The translations under genes and the position numbers were made by a program. From NCBI GenBank assembly GCA_021774575.1, contig JAJFIX010000017.1:3924-67923 (forward strand): a DNA stretch of 64,000 nucleotides. The letters are read 5' to 3'. This document shows positions 1 through 9,556 of this stretch, piece by piece. Source of the DNA: Alphaproteobacteria bacterium. GTDB taxonomy: Bacteria; Pseudomonadota; Alphaproteobacteria; UBA6615. Every line of letters begins with the position of its first letter. Within the stretch, counting starts at the first letter, position 1. A model generated the notes under the pieces. The model was not told where the DNA came from and made no database searches. It saw only the letters and a list, made by a program, of their open reading frames with translations.

Positions 1-731
1 CGGTTGAGGCTCCGGCGAACAATTTCTGGGTAAACCGCGAGAAAAGCGCGTCCGATATCTTGGGTAAAGGCAAAACAAGATTCCCAATCGGGCGTATCAA
101 GATAATCGTAAAAAATGCCGCCAATGCCGCGCGGTTCGTCACGGTGGGGCAGGTAAAAATACTCGTCACACCATTGTTTGAAGCGTGGGTAATAATCAGG
201 ATCGTGGCTGTCGCAGGCGGCTTTTAGTCCCGCATGAAACTGGGCCGCGTCACCCGCGTCAGGATAGGTAGGGGTCAGGTCTGCGCCGCCGCCGAACCAG
301 GCATGGTTGGTGATAATATGGCGCGTGTTCATATGGACAGCCGGAACCAATGGCGAACACATATGGGCAACCAGTGAAATACCCGAGGCCCAAAACTGTC
401 CGTCCTGGTCCGCACCAGGAATATTTTTCCGAAACTCTTCGGAGAATGTGCCGTGAACCGAAGATATATTGACGCCGACTTTTTCGAATACTCGACCGCG
501 CATGACGGACATGACGCCGCCACCGCCGTTTTCGCCCCCGTTTTCGCCACCGTCGCCAGTGCGGTCCCACGATTTCCGCTCAAACCGGCCAGCCGCCTGC
601 TCGACATTTGTGCCGGTCAGCTCATCCTCAATCGTTTCAAATACGGCGCAGATCTGATCTCGCAATTCGGCAAACCAGTCGGCAGCGCGTTGTTTTTGTT
701 CGTTTGCGGTATCGTCTAAAAGATCGGTCAT
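1..731 (-). CDS. hemF: oxygen-dependent coproporphyrinogen III oxidase, N-terminal ~243 codons (ORF continues past the left edge)
   Basis: Own minus-strand translation from ATG 731-729 gives MTDLLDD...[18 protein letters not shown]...[27 protein letters not shown]...[10 protein letters not shown]...[16 protein letters not shown], the HemF signature blocks. It is missing from the ORF track only because no stop lies inside the window. Confidence 0.85.
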   Translation of the reverse strand, partial: MTDLLDDTANEQKQRAADWFAELRDQICAVFETIEDELTGTNVEQAAGRFERKSWDRTGDGGENGGENGGGGVMSVMRGRVFEKVGVNISSVHGTFSEEFRKNIPGADQDGQFWASGISLVAHMCSPLVPAVHMNTRHIITNHAWFGGGADLTPTYPDAGDAAQFHAGLKAACDSHDPDYYPRFKQWCDEYFYLPHRDEPRGIGGIFYDYLDTPDWESCFAFTQDIGRAFLAVYPEIVRRSLN

Positions 732-776
732 AAATTTCTCTTGTCTGCATCACGGTCAATTCAGGTTTGAGCTGAC

Positions 777-3119
777 CTATAGCACTGGGCGCGGACTCGT
801 TTCATCTTCATTTACCGAAAACGCCTCAGGTGCATTTCCGTCAGCCCAATGCTGTCGCATCTTAACATAAGCCGTTTCCAGGTTGCGGGTGAAACGCCGG
901 CTGTCGAATAGTGGTGCCGTTGGGATGTTTTCGGCCAATCGGGCTCGTAATCCGGTCAATAATTCGGTGTCGCGCGTCAATTTAAACGCCATCGCCTCAT
1001 AGTCGGCCAGCGATCCGACCACGAGTTCAGGTAGTCCGACGGCATGCAATAAACTGCCCGCCACCCGTGAGGCAAAACTGGCGCCGCTATAGGTCAATAC
1101 CGGCAAGCCGGACCATAGGGCGTCACTTGCGGTCGTGTGGGCGTTAAAGGGGGCGGTATCGAGAAAAAGATCGGCCAGGCGGTGACGGGCCAAATGGTCA
1201 GGCATTTCGGCGCGCGGCGCAAAGACTAGGCGGTCCGGGTTTACCCCGCGCTGCTTGGCCTCGCGCCGTAGGTTCTCCCGGGAGCCCTCGTTACCTGCCG
1301 AAAGCCAGAGCACACCGTCGGGGGTTTCGACCAGCAGCCGCATCCAAATATCAAAAATCTCCGGCGTGAGTTTGTATGCATTGTTGAAGGCGCAGTAGAC
1401 AAAGCCCGTCTCCGGCAGGCCGCAATCGGCTCGTTTCGGTGTTTCCTCCGCGATCAATCGTTTGCGGTCGTTAACCATATAGCTATTGGGCAGGTATACG
1501 AGTTTTTCTGTGTAAAATGCATTCTGGTCGGGCGGAACAATGTGAGTGTCGACCAAAATATAGTCAATGAAGTCGGCCCCGATTGTTCCTGGGTATCCAA
1601 GATAGGATATTTGGACAGGCGCCGGCCGGTGGGCAAATATTGCCGGTCGGGAATCAGTGGTATGCCCCATCAGATCAACCGCGATATCAATCCCAAGCTT
1701 ACGGATAAGCAGGGCAGCATCGGCGTCGCTCAGCTCATGAATGTCATGCCAGTGGTCAAAGGCCGCCTTAACACGCGCGCGAGCGGGAAAATCCCAGTCC
1801 GGCCCGATGCTAATTCCGTGTAACTCGAACCTCGCCTTGTCATGAAGTTCAAAAAGTTCAGGGATCAGCGAGGTTATCGGGTGCTCGCGAAAATCTGCCG
1901 AGATATAGGCGATGCGGATAGGTCCATCAGGATCGGCGGGGAAGTCATCGGGCGTGATCGTAGATAATGGCGTGACTGCATTGACGTTATGGGCGCAGTA
2001 ATTTTGCGCACATTTTAAGGCTTCAGCGGGGTCGTCTGAGAAAGCCAAAAACCCGAAAGGGTGGAGGGGGGTGGTTGATGATTCCAACTTGTCTCGGAGG
2101 CCAATGCCGTATTTCGTATAATCATGCCAATCGCATAATTTTCTGCTGGCTGTCGCGCATGCCAATAGAAAAATGCCGTCATCGGGTTCGATAGCGAGTG
2201 CCCGTCCATAGCTTGCAAACGCATTCTTGTGATCTCCAATAATATCTAAAGCGTTGCCAAGATTATTGTGGGCGTCAGCAAAGTGGGCATCAAATTCTAT
2301 CGCCTGCCGGTAACTGGCAACGGCCTCCTTATACAGGCTGAGATTGCTTAGCGCATTTCCCAGGCCGGCATGGGCATCGGCATAGTTGGGTTTTAGGTGC
2401 AATGCCCGCTTGTAGTTGAAAATCGCTGCTTGATACTGCCTCAGTGAGCATAATGTATTGCCTAAATTATTGTGTGCGGACGCATATTCTGGGTCTAGCG
2501 AAAGGGCGCGCTGGTAGCTGGCGACCGCTGTCTCGTATTGCCTGACATCGGCCAACACGTTCCCCAGATTGGCATGGGCTCGCGCGTAGTCCGGCTTATG
2601 TTCGGTCGCGCGCCGGTAGGAACCGATCGCTTCGTCGTATTGCTTTGTGCCTCTCAATGCATTGCCGAGATTGTTGTGCGCCACTGCATGACCCGGAAGG
2701 GCCCGCAAAACAATTTTGTAGCTTGCGATAGCGGCATCATATTGTTCGAGGTCGAATTGCGCATTGCCGATATTGTTATGGATCTCGACGTCGCCGGGTC
2801 GAAGTTTTAAAGTTTGGCGGTAGTTGGCGATGGCTTCTTCCGGGCGGTTGAGCTCTTTTAAAGCGTCTCCCAAATTGAAATAAACATCGGGGTAATCGGC
2901 CTTCACGCGTATGGCCGCTTTGTAGTGCTTGACTGCGGTTTCTAACTGCCCGAGCTGCGTGGCCGCAATTGCACCGAGCTGCAGAGCATCAAAATTTCGC
3001 GGCGCGGCTTTGAGAATTGCCCTGCAGGCCTTGAGGGCTTTTTCAGGATTGCCCGACTGGATGTTTGTGACGATTTGTTGGATTTCCAGCCCAGGGTTCC
3101 GAACTCTATTTTTGCCCAT
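777..3119 (-). CDS. TPR-repeat protein with C-terminal GT41 (O-GlcNAc transferase / SPINDLY-like) glycosyltransferase domain
   Basis: 780 aa. About nine tandem 34-aa TPR units (recurrent AHxNLGNxL...YxxAIxxYxxAL pattern, residues ~30-340). The C-terminal half carries GT41-type blocks CAFNNAYKLTPEIFDIWMRLL and FLDTAPFNAHTTASDALWSGLPVLT. Confidence 0.8.
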   Translation of the reverse strand: MGKNRVRNPGLEIQQIVTNIQSGNPEKALKACRAILKAAPRNFDALQLGAIAATQLGQLETAVKHYKAAIRVKADYPDVYFNLGDALKELNRPEEAIANYRQTLKLRPGDVEIHNNIGNAQFDLEQYDAAIASYKIVLRALPGHAVAHNNLGNALRGTKQYDEAIGSYRRATEHKPDYARAHANLGNVLADVRQYETAVASYQRALSLDPEYASAHNNLGNTLCSLRQYQAAIFNYKRALHLKPNYADAHAGLGNALSNLSLYKEAVASYRQAIEFDAHFADAHNNLGNALDIIGDHKNAFASYGRALAIEPDDGIFLLACATASRKLCDWHDYTKYGIGLRDKLESSTTPLHPFGFLAFSDDPAEALKCAQNYCAHNVNAVTPLSTITPDDFPADPDGPIRIAYISADFREHPITSLIPELFELHDKARFELHGISIGPDWDFPARARVKAAFDHWHDIHELSDADAALLIRKLGIDIAVDLMGHTTDSRPAIFAHRPAPVQISYLGYPGTIGADFIDYILVDTHIVPPDQNAFYTEKLVYLPNSYMVNDRKRLIAEETPKRADCGLPETGFVYCAFNNAYKLTPEIFDIWMRLLVETPDGVLWLSAGNEGSRENLRREAKQRGVNPDRLVFAPRAEMPDHLARHRLADLFLDTAPFNAHTTASDALWSGLPVLTYSGASFASRVAGSLLHAVGLPELVVGSLADYEAMAFKLTRDTELLTGLRARLAENIPTAPLFDSRRFTRNLETAYVKMRQHWADGNAPEAFSVNEDETSPRPVL

Positions 3120-3175
3120 GCTGGCTCATATACTTTGGTTGGGGTGAGGTGAGGTTAAAGAGGCTTCCTTCCAAC

Positions 3176-3667
3176 CTAGTCTGCCACATTATGCTGAGTC
3201 TGGCGTAATGCCTCGCCCAACACCATTGCCGCCGTCACAGCGACATTGAGCGAGCGCGCGCCGGTAACCATTGGCACGGTGAGTACCGCGTCGCTGGCGG
3301 CATGGACATTCGGCGGTGCGCCGGCAGATTCCCGACCAACCATAATCGTGTCGGTGGGCGAGAAGGCGAAATCGGTATAAGATGTCGGGCCCTTGGTCGA
3401 AAGCAAGATTAGCCGTCCGGGGTTGGGGTTATTTGCTCGTGCTGCCAGAAATTCGTCCCAAGAGGCGTGGGTGGTCAAATCCAATGCGTCCAAATAATCC
3501 ATGCCGGCGCGGCGCAAGTTTTTGTCGGTGAGGGCGAAGCCGCAAGGCTCGATAATGTCCATTGCCACTCCAAAGCAGGCCGCCATGCGCATCATGGTGC
3601 CGGTGTTTTGCGGGATATCGGGCTCGAAAAGGGCTAAATTCGGGCTTTTTGCGGCGTAGAGGTTCAT
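3176..3667 (-). CDS. trmL: SpoU/TrmH-family tRNA 2'-O-methyltransferase (TrmL-like)
   Basis: 163 aa, the size of single-domain SPOUT enzymes. Motifs LFEPDIPQNTGTMMRMAACFG, LILLSTKG, IMVGRESAG and GARSLNVAVTAAMVLGEALRQ. Confidence 0.8.
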   Translation of the reverse strand: MNLYAAKSPNLALFEPDIPQNTGTMMRMAACFGVAMDIIEPCGFALTDKNLRRAGMDYLDALDLTTHASWDEFLAARANNPNPGRLILLSTKGPTSYTDFAFSPTDTIMVGRESAGAPPNVHAASDAVLTVPMVTGARSLNVAVTAAMVLGEALRQTQHNVAD

Positions 3668-3879
3668 CGAAATATGAGCTCCTAGCTTTAAATCGGTGCT
3701 CGCACCGGCGAGGTGCAGCTATATAAACCTGTCATAAATTCCAATAATGCGGCAGCATGTCGCATTGCCGCAGGGCGGCGCAACGGTAGGTTTCCAGGCG
3801 TTGCTGCATCGTGCCCATTTACCAATGTTCATGGGTGCCGTGTTGGTATCGTAACCGAAGGGGAGAGGCCTCGATTGGC

Positions 3880-4458
3880 ATGGTAGATGCACCAAAAAAG
3901 AACGGGTCCTTGGGCCAAAGCGAGGCGGACCAAGATGAGGCGCATGACGGGCGCCGCCGCGAGTTTTTATATTTAGCGGCCGGTGGTTTCGCCGCGATCG
4001 GCGCGGGTGCCGCTCTTTGGCCCTTTATTGATTCGATGAACCCATCGGGCGACGTTCTTGCGCTTGCCTCGACCGAGGTTGATATTTCCAGCATTGAATT
4101 GGGCCAGGCCATTACCGTGAAATGGCGCGGCAAGCCGGTCTTCATTCGTCGGCGTACGCCCGACGAAATCGAGGCGGCGGAAAATGCCTCCCTCGATGAC
4201 CTGATTGATCCCCAGGCCGATGCCGACCGAGTCCAGCGACCCGAGTGGCTGATATTGGTCGGTGTCTGCACCCATCTGGGTTGCGTCCCGGTTGGTCAAA
4301 AAGCGACGGAAGTACGTGGCGATTTCGGTGGCTGGTTCTGCCCCTGTCACGGCTCACATTATGATACGTCAGGCCGCATTCGTAAGGGGCCGGCGCCACT
4401 TAATTTGGACGTTCCTGCGTATACGTTCATCGACGACACCACCCTTCGTATCGGCTAA
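3880..4458 (+). CDS. petA: ubiquinol-cytochrome c reductase Rieske iron-sulfur subunit
   Basis: Rieske boxes CTHLGCVP and CPCHGSHYD, with a Tat-like RRREFLY before the TM helix. Start moved from 3811 to the in-frame ATG at 3880, preceded by the purine-rich gaaggggagagg. Confidence 0.9.
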   Translation: MVDAPKKNGSLGQSEADQDEAHDGRRREFLYLAAGGFAAIGAGAALWPFIDSMNPSGDVLALASTEVDISSIELGQAITVKWRGKPVFIRRRTPDEIEAAENASLDDLIDPQADADRVQRPEWLILVGVCTHLGCVPVGQKATEVRGDFGGWFCPCHGSHYDTSGRIRKGPAPLNLDVPAYTFIDDTTLRIG

Positions 4459-4469
4459 AGGTAGAAAAG

Positions 4470-5744
4470 ATGAGCTCTGAAAGCAGCAAATTTACCGGGC
4501 TGGTCGGCTGGGTCGATAATCGGTTGCCGGTTTTTTCCTATGTCCATAAGGAATACGGGGAATATCCGACGCCGCGAAACTTTAATTACTGGTGGAATTT
4601 CGGCGCTCTGGCGATGTTCTGTCTGACCGTGATGATTGTCAGCGGCATATTTCTTGCCATGCAATATCAGCCGAACACGCAGATGGCCTTCGAGTCAATT
4701 CAGCGCATCATGCGCGACGTGAATTATGGCTGGCTCATGCGCTACATTCATATGAACGGCGCATCGTTCTTCTTTATTGCCGTCTATATTCACATTTTCC
4801 GCGGTCTCTATTACGGCTCATATAAGTCGCCGCGCGAGCTTTTGTGGATGCTGGGTGTGGTCATTTTGCTGCTGATGATGGCGACGTCCTTTTTCGGCTA
4901 TGTGCTGCCCTGGGGGCAAATGTCCTTCTGGGGTGCGACCGTGATCACCAATTTATTCTCCGCCATTCCGATTGTCGGCGACCCGATCGTGACTTGGCTT
5001 TGGGGTGGGTTTGCCATCGATAACCCCACTTTGAACCGGTTCTACGCGCTGCATTATTTGCTGCCGTTTGTAATTGTTGGCGTGGTCGGCTTGCATGTGG
5101 TTGCCCTGCACGTCACTGGATCAAACAATCCGACGGGAATTGAGCCAAAATCAAGCCAGGATACGGTTCCCTTCCATCCCTATTACACGCTCAAAGACAG
5201 CTTCGGCTTGTCTGTTTTTGTCATCATTTACGCGCTTATTGTTTTCTATGCGCCAGAATCCCTGGGTGAAGCGGAAAACTATGTGCCGGCTAATTCCTTG
5301 CAGACACCGGCTGAAATTGTTCCCGAATGGTATCTGCTGCCTTACTACGCGATTTTGCGCTCGGTTCCTGATTTGTTGATTATCGACGCAAAACTTGCCG
5401 GCATTATCGCTATGTTCGTGTCGATTTTGGTCTTGTTTGTTTTACCTTGGCTCGATACCTCAAAGGTGCGCAGTGCCCGCTACCGGCCAACGTACAAAAA
5501 GTTTTTCTGGGTGTTTGTCGTTGTTTGCTTCGTGCTTGGTTGGGTCGGCGCCCATCCGCCGAACGAGAAAGTATTCGGTCTCGAATGGCTTGAAGTGATT
5601 GATGTTGGACGGATCACGACCTTCTATTATTTCTTCCATTTTTTCGTTCTGTTCCCGCTCTTGGGCAAGTTCGAGAAAACCAAGCCCGTGCCCAATTCGA
5701 TTACCGAATCGGTGCTCGGCGCCTCAGCGACGGAGAAGGTCTGA
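4470..5744 (+). CDS. petB: cytochrome b
   Basis: 424 aa polytopic protein with cytochrome b blocks [31 protein letters not shown] and [14 protein letters not shown]. Lies directly between the Rieske and c1 genes. Confidence 0.95.
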   Translation: MSSESSKFTGLVGWVDNRLPVFSYVHKEYGEYPTPRNFNYWWNFGALAMFCLTVMIVSGIFLAMQYQPNTQMAFESIQRIMRDVNYGWLMRYIHMNGASFFFIAVYIHIFRGLYYGSYKSPRELLWMLGVVILLLMMATSFFGYVLPWGQMSFWGATVITNLFSAIPIVGDPIVTWLWGGFAIDNPTLNRFYALHYLLPFVIVGVVGLHVVALHVTGSNNPTGIEPKSSQDTVPFHPYYTLKDSFGLSVFVIIYALIVFYAPESLGEAENYVPANSLQTPAEIVPEWYLLPYYAILRSVPDLLIIDAKLAGIIAMFVSILVLFVLPWLDTSKVRSARYRPTYKKFFWVFVVVCFVLGWVGAHPPNEKVFGLEWLEVIDVGRITTFYYFFHFFVLFPLLGKFEKTKPVPNSITESVLGASATEKV

Positions 5745-6511
5745 TGCAAGTCCTGACGAAATATGTATTCGCCGCCGCTCTTAGTCTTGTCGTTTCGTCT
5801 GGAACGGCATGGGCGGCCGGTGAAGCTCATGAGCCCGAGCCACAAGATTGGTCGTTCAATGGCTTTTTTGGGGCCTTTGACAAGGCTCAGCTGCAGCGCG
5901 GATTTCAAATCTACAGCCAGGTTTGTTCGGGCTGCCACTCGCTGAAATTTGTCGCTTACCGGCATTTGGAGGGGCTGGGCTATAACGAAGCAGAGATTAA
6001 GGCAATCGCCGCCGAGACCCAGGTTGAAGGCGGTCCGGACGATAGCGGCGATATGTTCATGCGCCCCGGCGTTCCTGCAGATTTCATCACCGGCCCTTAT
6101 GACAATGAAAATCAGGCGCGGGCATTTAACGGCGGCGCTCTGCCCCCCGACTTGTCGCTGATCACCAAAGCACGCCATGGCGGGCCCGACTATATTTATG
6201 CTCTGCTGACTGGCTATGAATCGGCGCCGGAATCGTTCGAGCTAGCGACGGGAATGAACTATAATAGCTTCTTCCTGGGTAGCCAGATCGCCATGTTCTC
6301 GCCACTTGCCGATGGCGTGGTCGAATATGCCGACGGAACACCGGCCAATGTCGAGCAACTGGCCGCCGATGTGACGGCATTTTTGACCTGGGCCGGTGAG
6401 CCGCGCCTTGAAGATCGCAAACGGATCGGCTTTAAGGTTGTCATCTTCCTGCTTATTCTCTCCGGCTTGCTCTATGCCGCAAAGCGACGGGTTTGGTCCA
6501 CTCTCCACTAG
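5744..6511 (+). CDS. petC: cytochrome c1
   Basis: Signal peptide, heme-binding CSGCHS, PPDLSLI block and a C-terminal TM anchor. Its ATG overlaps the petB stop (cTGATG). Confidence 0.9.
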   Translation: MQVLTKYVFAAALSLVVSSGTAWAAGEAHEPEPQDWSFNGFFGAFDKAQLQRGFQIYSQVCSGCHSLKFVAYRHLEGLGYNEAEIKAIAAETQVEGGPDDSGDMFMRPGVPADFITGPYDNENQARAFNGGALPPDLSLITKARHGGPDYIYALLTGYESAPESFELATGMNYNSFFLGSQIAMFSPLADGVVEYADGTPANVEQLAADVTAFLTWAGEPRLEDRKRIGFKVVIFLLILSGLLYAAKRRVWSTLH

Positions 6512-6550
6512 CTTTCTGCAAGTGAAGACTTAAATTTTCTGTCCGGTCGC

Positions 6551-6595
6551 CATGTGAAATAAATCTTCAATTATTTCATGTGGTTACGGGTTTTT
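6551..6595 (+). terminator. possible intrinsic terminator / inverted repeat after petC
   Basis: A 12-bp stem, catgtgaaataa (6551-6562) paired with ttatttcatgtg (6571-6582), contains 2 G-U pairs and an 8-nt loop. The T-run ttttt at 6591-6595 is not contiguous with the stem, so this is only a weak terminator. Confidence 0.35.
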
Positions 6596-6928
6596 ATACG
6601 GGAAATTTGCGGAGAGACCGCCGAACATGGTTCAATGGGGCATGAGAGAGGCGCTGCACGGTGGCAAAGGCATGGGCATGGGCCAAGATTTGCGCCAAGC
6701 GAACAAATTGGCTGCTGTGCCGTTCGTCGAGAATTCTAAAATAATGCCTAACTTCATATAGTTATACAATTATCGGCGTGTTTCTGGGGTTAGAGATAAG
6801 AACAGAATCGTTGACGGTATGTTATTTAGCACCCGGTAGGCTGGCGTTTTATGTTGGCGATCGTTGAGTGCAAGCCATATCCAGCATAGGCCTTGCGACC
6901 GATACTGTTCTGCACGGGGAGTCGGAAA

Positions 6929-7840
6929 ATGATGACCGCAACAAATATTGCCGAGGCCATTGACGTGATGCCCGGCGGCGCAGTTATCGCCGGCATTGAT
7001 CATGTCGTAATCGGCGTAAAAGACCTGGATGCGGCCGGAACAGATTTTGGGCGGCTCGGATTTACCGTCAACCCAGGCGGCAGGCATGTTGGCTGGGGTA
7101 CGGCCAATCACACAATAATGTTTGAGCACGACTATCTGAACCTGCTTTCCGTCGTCGATCCAAGCCAGGATTTGAACACTCTCGATCAATTTTTGGACGA
7201 GGGAGAAGGCATTTTTCGCACCGTTTTTGCGACGCCAGAGTCTGATCGGCTTTGCGGCTGGTTGGAGCGGGAAACTGGTGAGACGCCAAAAACAACGGAT
7301 CTCAGCCGGATCGTGCAATTAAACGGCGATGACGAGACCACGGCTAAATTTAAAATCGTGCATTTACCCCAAGACTGGACACCGGGGATGCGCACCTATG
7401 CCTGCAGTCATCTGACCCCGAAATTGATGCGGCGCTCAGAATGGCTCTCTCATCCCAATGGCGCCCGCGCCATTGCCCAGGTGACCGTGGCGATGGAGGA
7501 TTTAACCGGGGTGCTTGAACCCTATCGTCGCTTATTTGGCAACTCCGCCGTGATCGGCGACCCTAAAAAAGGGTCGGTTGTGGTCGAAACCGGTGGCGCT
7601 CGGCTGCAACTGTTGACACCCAAGGTCTTTACCAAAGAGCATTATGATGTCGTGCTGGATAAAAACTTGCACTTGCCTCGTTTGGTTGCCCTGACCGTTG
7701 AAGTCGCCGATCCGAAAGCGACCGCGCTTTATCTCTCTGGCCAGCAAGTTGAATTTGTTCAGGAGCCCGATGGCACGGTTCAGGTCCCCCCCGAGCAGGC
7801 TCACGGCGTGCTGATGGAATTTGCCCGCCCGGCCGACTAA
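6929..7840 (+). CDS. VOC (glyoxalase/dioxygenase-fold) family protein
   Basis: GIDHVVIGVKDLDAAGTDFGRLGFTV... is a typical VOC beta-alpha-beta-beta-beta opening, and the length allows a two-module architecture. Start placed at the ATG at 6929 behind ggggag; the ORF track starts at 6893. Confidence 0.6.
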   Translation: MMTATNIAEAIDVMPGGAVIAGIDHVVIGVKDLDAAGTDFGRLGFTVNPGGRHVGWGTANHTIMFEHDYLNLLSVVDPSQDLNTLDQFLDEGEGIFRTVFATPESDRLCGWLERETGETPKTTDLSRIVQLNGDDETTAKFKIVHLPQDWTPGMRTYACSHLTPKLMRRSEWLSHPNGARAIAQVTVAMEDLTGVLEPYRRLFGNSAVIGDPKKGSVVVETGGARLQLLTPKVFTKEHYDVVLDKNLHLPRLVALTVEVADPKATALYLSGQQVEFVQEPDGTVQVPPEQAHGVLMEFARPAD

Positions 7841-7916
7841 ATAAAAAGGGGCGCCTCCAGGAATTTCGAGTAAAAATTCTCGCAGACACCCCATATCATC
7901 AGCCAAAAGTCTCGTC

Positions 7917-8585
7917 TTAGCTGAGATGCTCTCCGAAGAATTCGATAGTGCGGTCCCAGGCGAGCTTTGCCGACCCTTCGTGGAAACTTCCGCGGTCGTC
8001 GCAATTAAACCCGTGACCGGCGCCGCCATAGACGTAGACCGGCACGTTCGGGTGGGCGGTCTTGATATCTTCGATGGCCTCATTGGGGATTGAGAAATCC
8101 TCGGTGCCAAAATGAAGCTGTACCGGGCATTTCGGCTGGCGGGCGATTTCCTGATGAATTTGTCCGCCATACCAGCCGGCGGCCGCTTGGATTGGTGATT
8201 CGTCTGCTGCAACCCAGGCGATTGATCCGCCAAAACAAAAGCCAAGGACACCGGTTTTTCCGGCGTCGGCAATTTCGGCCGCCGAAGCATTGACGTCGTT
8301 AATGACGTCGTCCCAGCTCAGTTGGCCACGATAGCCCATGCCTTGTTTCATAGTTTCTTCGTTATAGCCGAGCTCAACGCCTTTCTCGATACGGTCGAAA
8401 ATGGCTGGCGCGATTGCCGTATAGCCTTCTGCCGCCATGCGGTCGACGACGCTGCGAATATGGCTGTTGATGCCGAAGATCTCCTGCATGATGACGACAC
8501 CAGCCTTCGGCGTGCCCTCAGGCACGGTCTTATATGCGCTGAATGTGTTGCCGTCGGCGCCGGTCAAGGTCACGAAACTTCCCAT
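7917..8585 (-). CDS. dienelactone hydrolase family protein
   Basis: Alpha/beta-hydrolase with a Cys nucleophile elbow (GFCFGGS) and a C-terminal GAGHGF block. Start moved to Met38 (8585), behind ggagaaag. Confidence 0.75.
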   Translation of the reverse strand: MGSFVTLTGADGNTFSAYKTVPEGTPKAGVVIMQEIFGINSHIRSVVDRMAAEGYTAIAPAIFDRIEKGVELGYNEETMKQGMGYRGQLSWDDVINDVNASAAEIADAGKTGVLGFCFGGSIAWVAADESPIQAAAGWYGGQIHQEIARQPKCPVQLHFGTEDFSIPNEAIEDIKTAHPNVPVYVYGGAGHGFNCDDRGSFHEGSAKLAWDRTIEFFGEHLS

Positions 8586-8808
8586 TGGGTCTTTCTCCTG
8601 GAATTCGAGTGGTGGGGCACTGCCCCGGCAAATACGGCGACAGACTACTCGTTTTGCGAATGAAAACAAATCTGATTGGTTGTCTAGCTTGGTCAATTTT
8701 CATCCGCTGGCGGGTGATGCTTATGTGCGTAGTTTGGTCTTGTAAGCGATGCCCATCCAAATGCTATAATAGGCCTATCGAACCATTTTAAAATTTGGGG
8801 AAAAGTTC

Positions 8809-9459
8809 ATGAGCTTAGAAGAGTCACTCGCGAAAATTCGCGAAGCGAGTGCTGGCCGCATTCCACCCGATGTTCGGGCGGTAATCGGTCGCACCAACGA
8901 GGCGCTGGCAAATTCCGGCATTCTCGACAACACGATCAAGGTCGGCGATACATTGCCGGAATTTAATCTACCAAACGCTTACGGGGACATGGTTGCTTCG
9001 TCGGCGATGCTTGCCCGCGGTCCGGTGGTCCTGACCATCTTCCGCGGCCATTGGTGACCCTACTGTAATGCAGAGCTGTATGCTTTGCGTGACATTGTAG
9101 ACCCGCTAAAAGACCTCGGCGTTACGTTGGTAGCACTGACACCCCAAATTGCCGAAAAAAGCGTCGAGATGATCGAAAAGCATAAATTGCAATTCGATAT
9201 GCTCAGCGATCGTGGCAATGAATATATGGCAAAGCTCGGTATCCGCTTTGACGTGCATCCTGATTTGCAAGAAGTCTATAAGGGCTTCGGCAATGATTTG
9301 GCCGTCAATAATGGTGAGCCAAGCTGGACCCTGCCGATCCCGACGCGACTGGTCATTGATCAGTCGGGCGTCATTCGAAATGCCGATATCGGCCTCGACT
9401 ATACGCACCGTCCCGAGCCGCAAAAGACCCTTGATGACGTCAAAGCATTGATTGGCTGA
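8809..9459 (+). CDS. PRX_like2 / AhpC-TSA family thiol peroxidase-like protein, probable selenoprotein (UGA 9055-9057 read as Sec83)
   Basis: ORFs 8809-9057 and 9085-9459 are in the same frame and are separated only by one TGA. Read-through gives VVLTIFRGHW-U-PYCNAELYALRD, the family motif RGxWCPYCN with TGA in place of the first Cys. A hairpin follows. Confidence 0.65.
9060..9100 (+). other. putative bacterial SECIS-like hairpin
   Basis: Apical stem GCAGAGC (9070-9076) pairs with GCUUUGC (9082-9088): 7 bp, one G-U. The loop is UGUAU (9077-9081). Outer pairing: CUAC 9060-9063 with GUAG 9097-9100, and AAU 9067-9069 with AUU 9094-9096. The loop starts 19 nt after the UGA and contains GU. Confidence 0.45.
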
Positions 9460-9512
9460 CCAGGGCTTGGCTGACCTGGTCGCGGTTGATCCGGTCAAAT
9501 AATATGTGAGAG

Positions 9513-9544
9513 ATAGCGGGGCAGATTCGCCCCGCTATTTTTTT
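9513..9544 (+). terminator. rho-independent terminator
   Basis: Perfect 10-bp stem atagcggggc / gccccgctat with a 6-nt loop, followed directly by a T-run. Lies between the convergent Prx-like and ychF genes. Confidence 0.8.
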
Positions 9545-9556
9545 CCGGTCTCCGGG

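Noticed and set aside
515-560. Short in-frame tandem duplication in hemF (ccgttttcgcc x2, encoding GGENGGEN), similar to the 12-bp repeat in uvrC.
   Set aside because: These are small slippage-type insertions in surface loops or linkers, with no indication of a functional or regulatory role.
3746-3772. Overlapping short inverted repeats (AATGCGGCA ... CGCATT / TGCCGCA) in the trmL/petA divergent region.
   Set aside because: The arms are only 6-7 bp and allow several mutually exclusive pairings. I cannot tell a regulator site (for example RegA-type) from chance.
3811-3879. N-terminal extensions of ORF-track products (petA 3811, pth 11440, ybjN 18695, proC 19225, iorB 33102, ompR-like 36784, uvrC 44715, GNAT 62538, AhpD-like 60269, DLH 8696).
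   Set aside because: The extensions lack homology-like character and often overlap the neighbouring gene. An internal ATG with a Shine-Dalgarno sequence coincides with the conserved family N-terminus.
6627-6761. 44-codon ORF (MVQWGMREALHGGKGMGMGQ...) in the 380-bp spacer after petC.
   Set aside because: It has no RBS and no recognisable motif, and it is below a size that can be supported without conservation data.
7532-8290. Long antisense or overlapping ORFs throughout the track (for example 7532-8290, 5627-6178, 15412-15945, 31729-32322, 43633-44391, 50660-51355 and 63216-63884).
   Set aside because: Each lies entirely within or opposite a gene with strong family signatures. Their translations are Arg/Pro/Gly/Ala-rich shadow sequence typical of GC-rich DNA, and none has an RBS or a recognisable motif.
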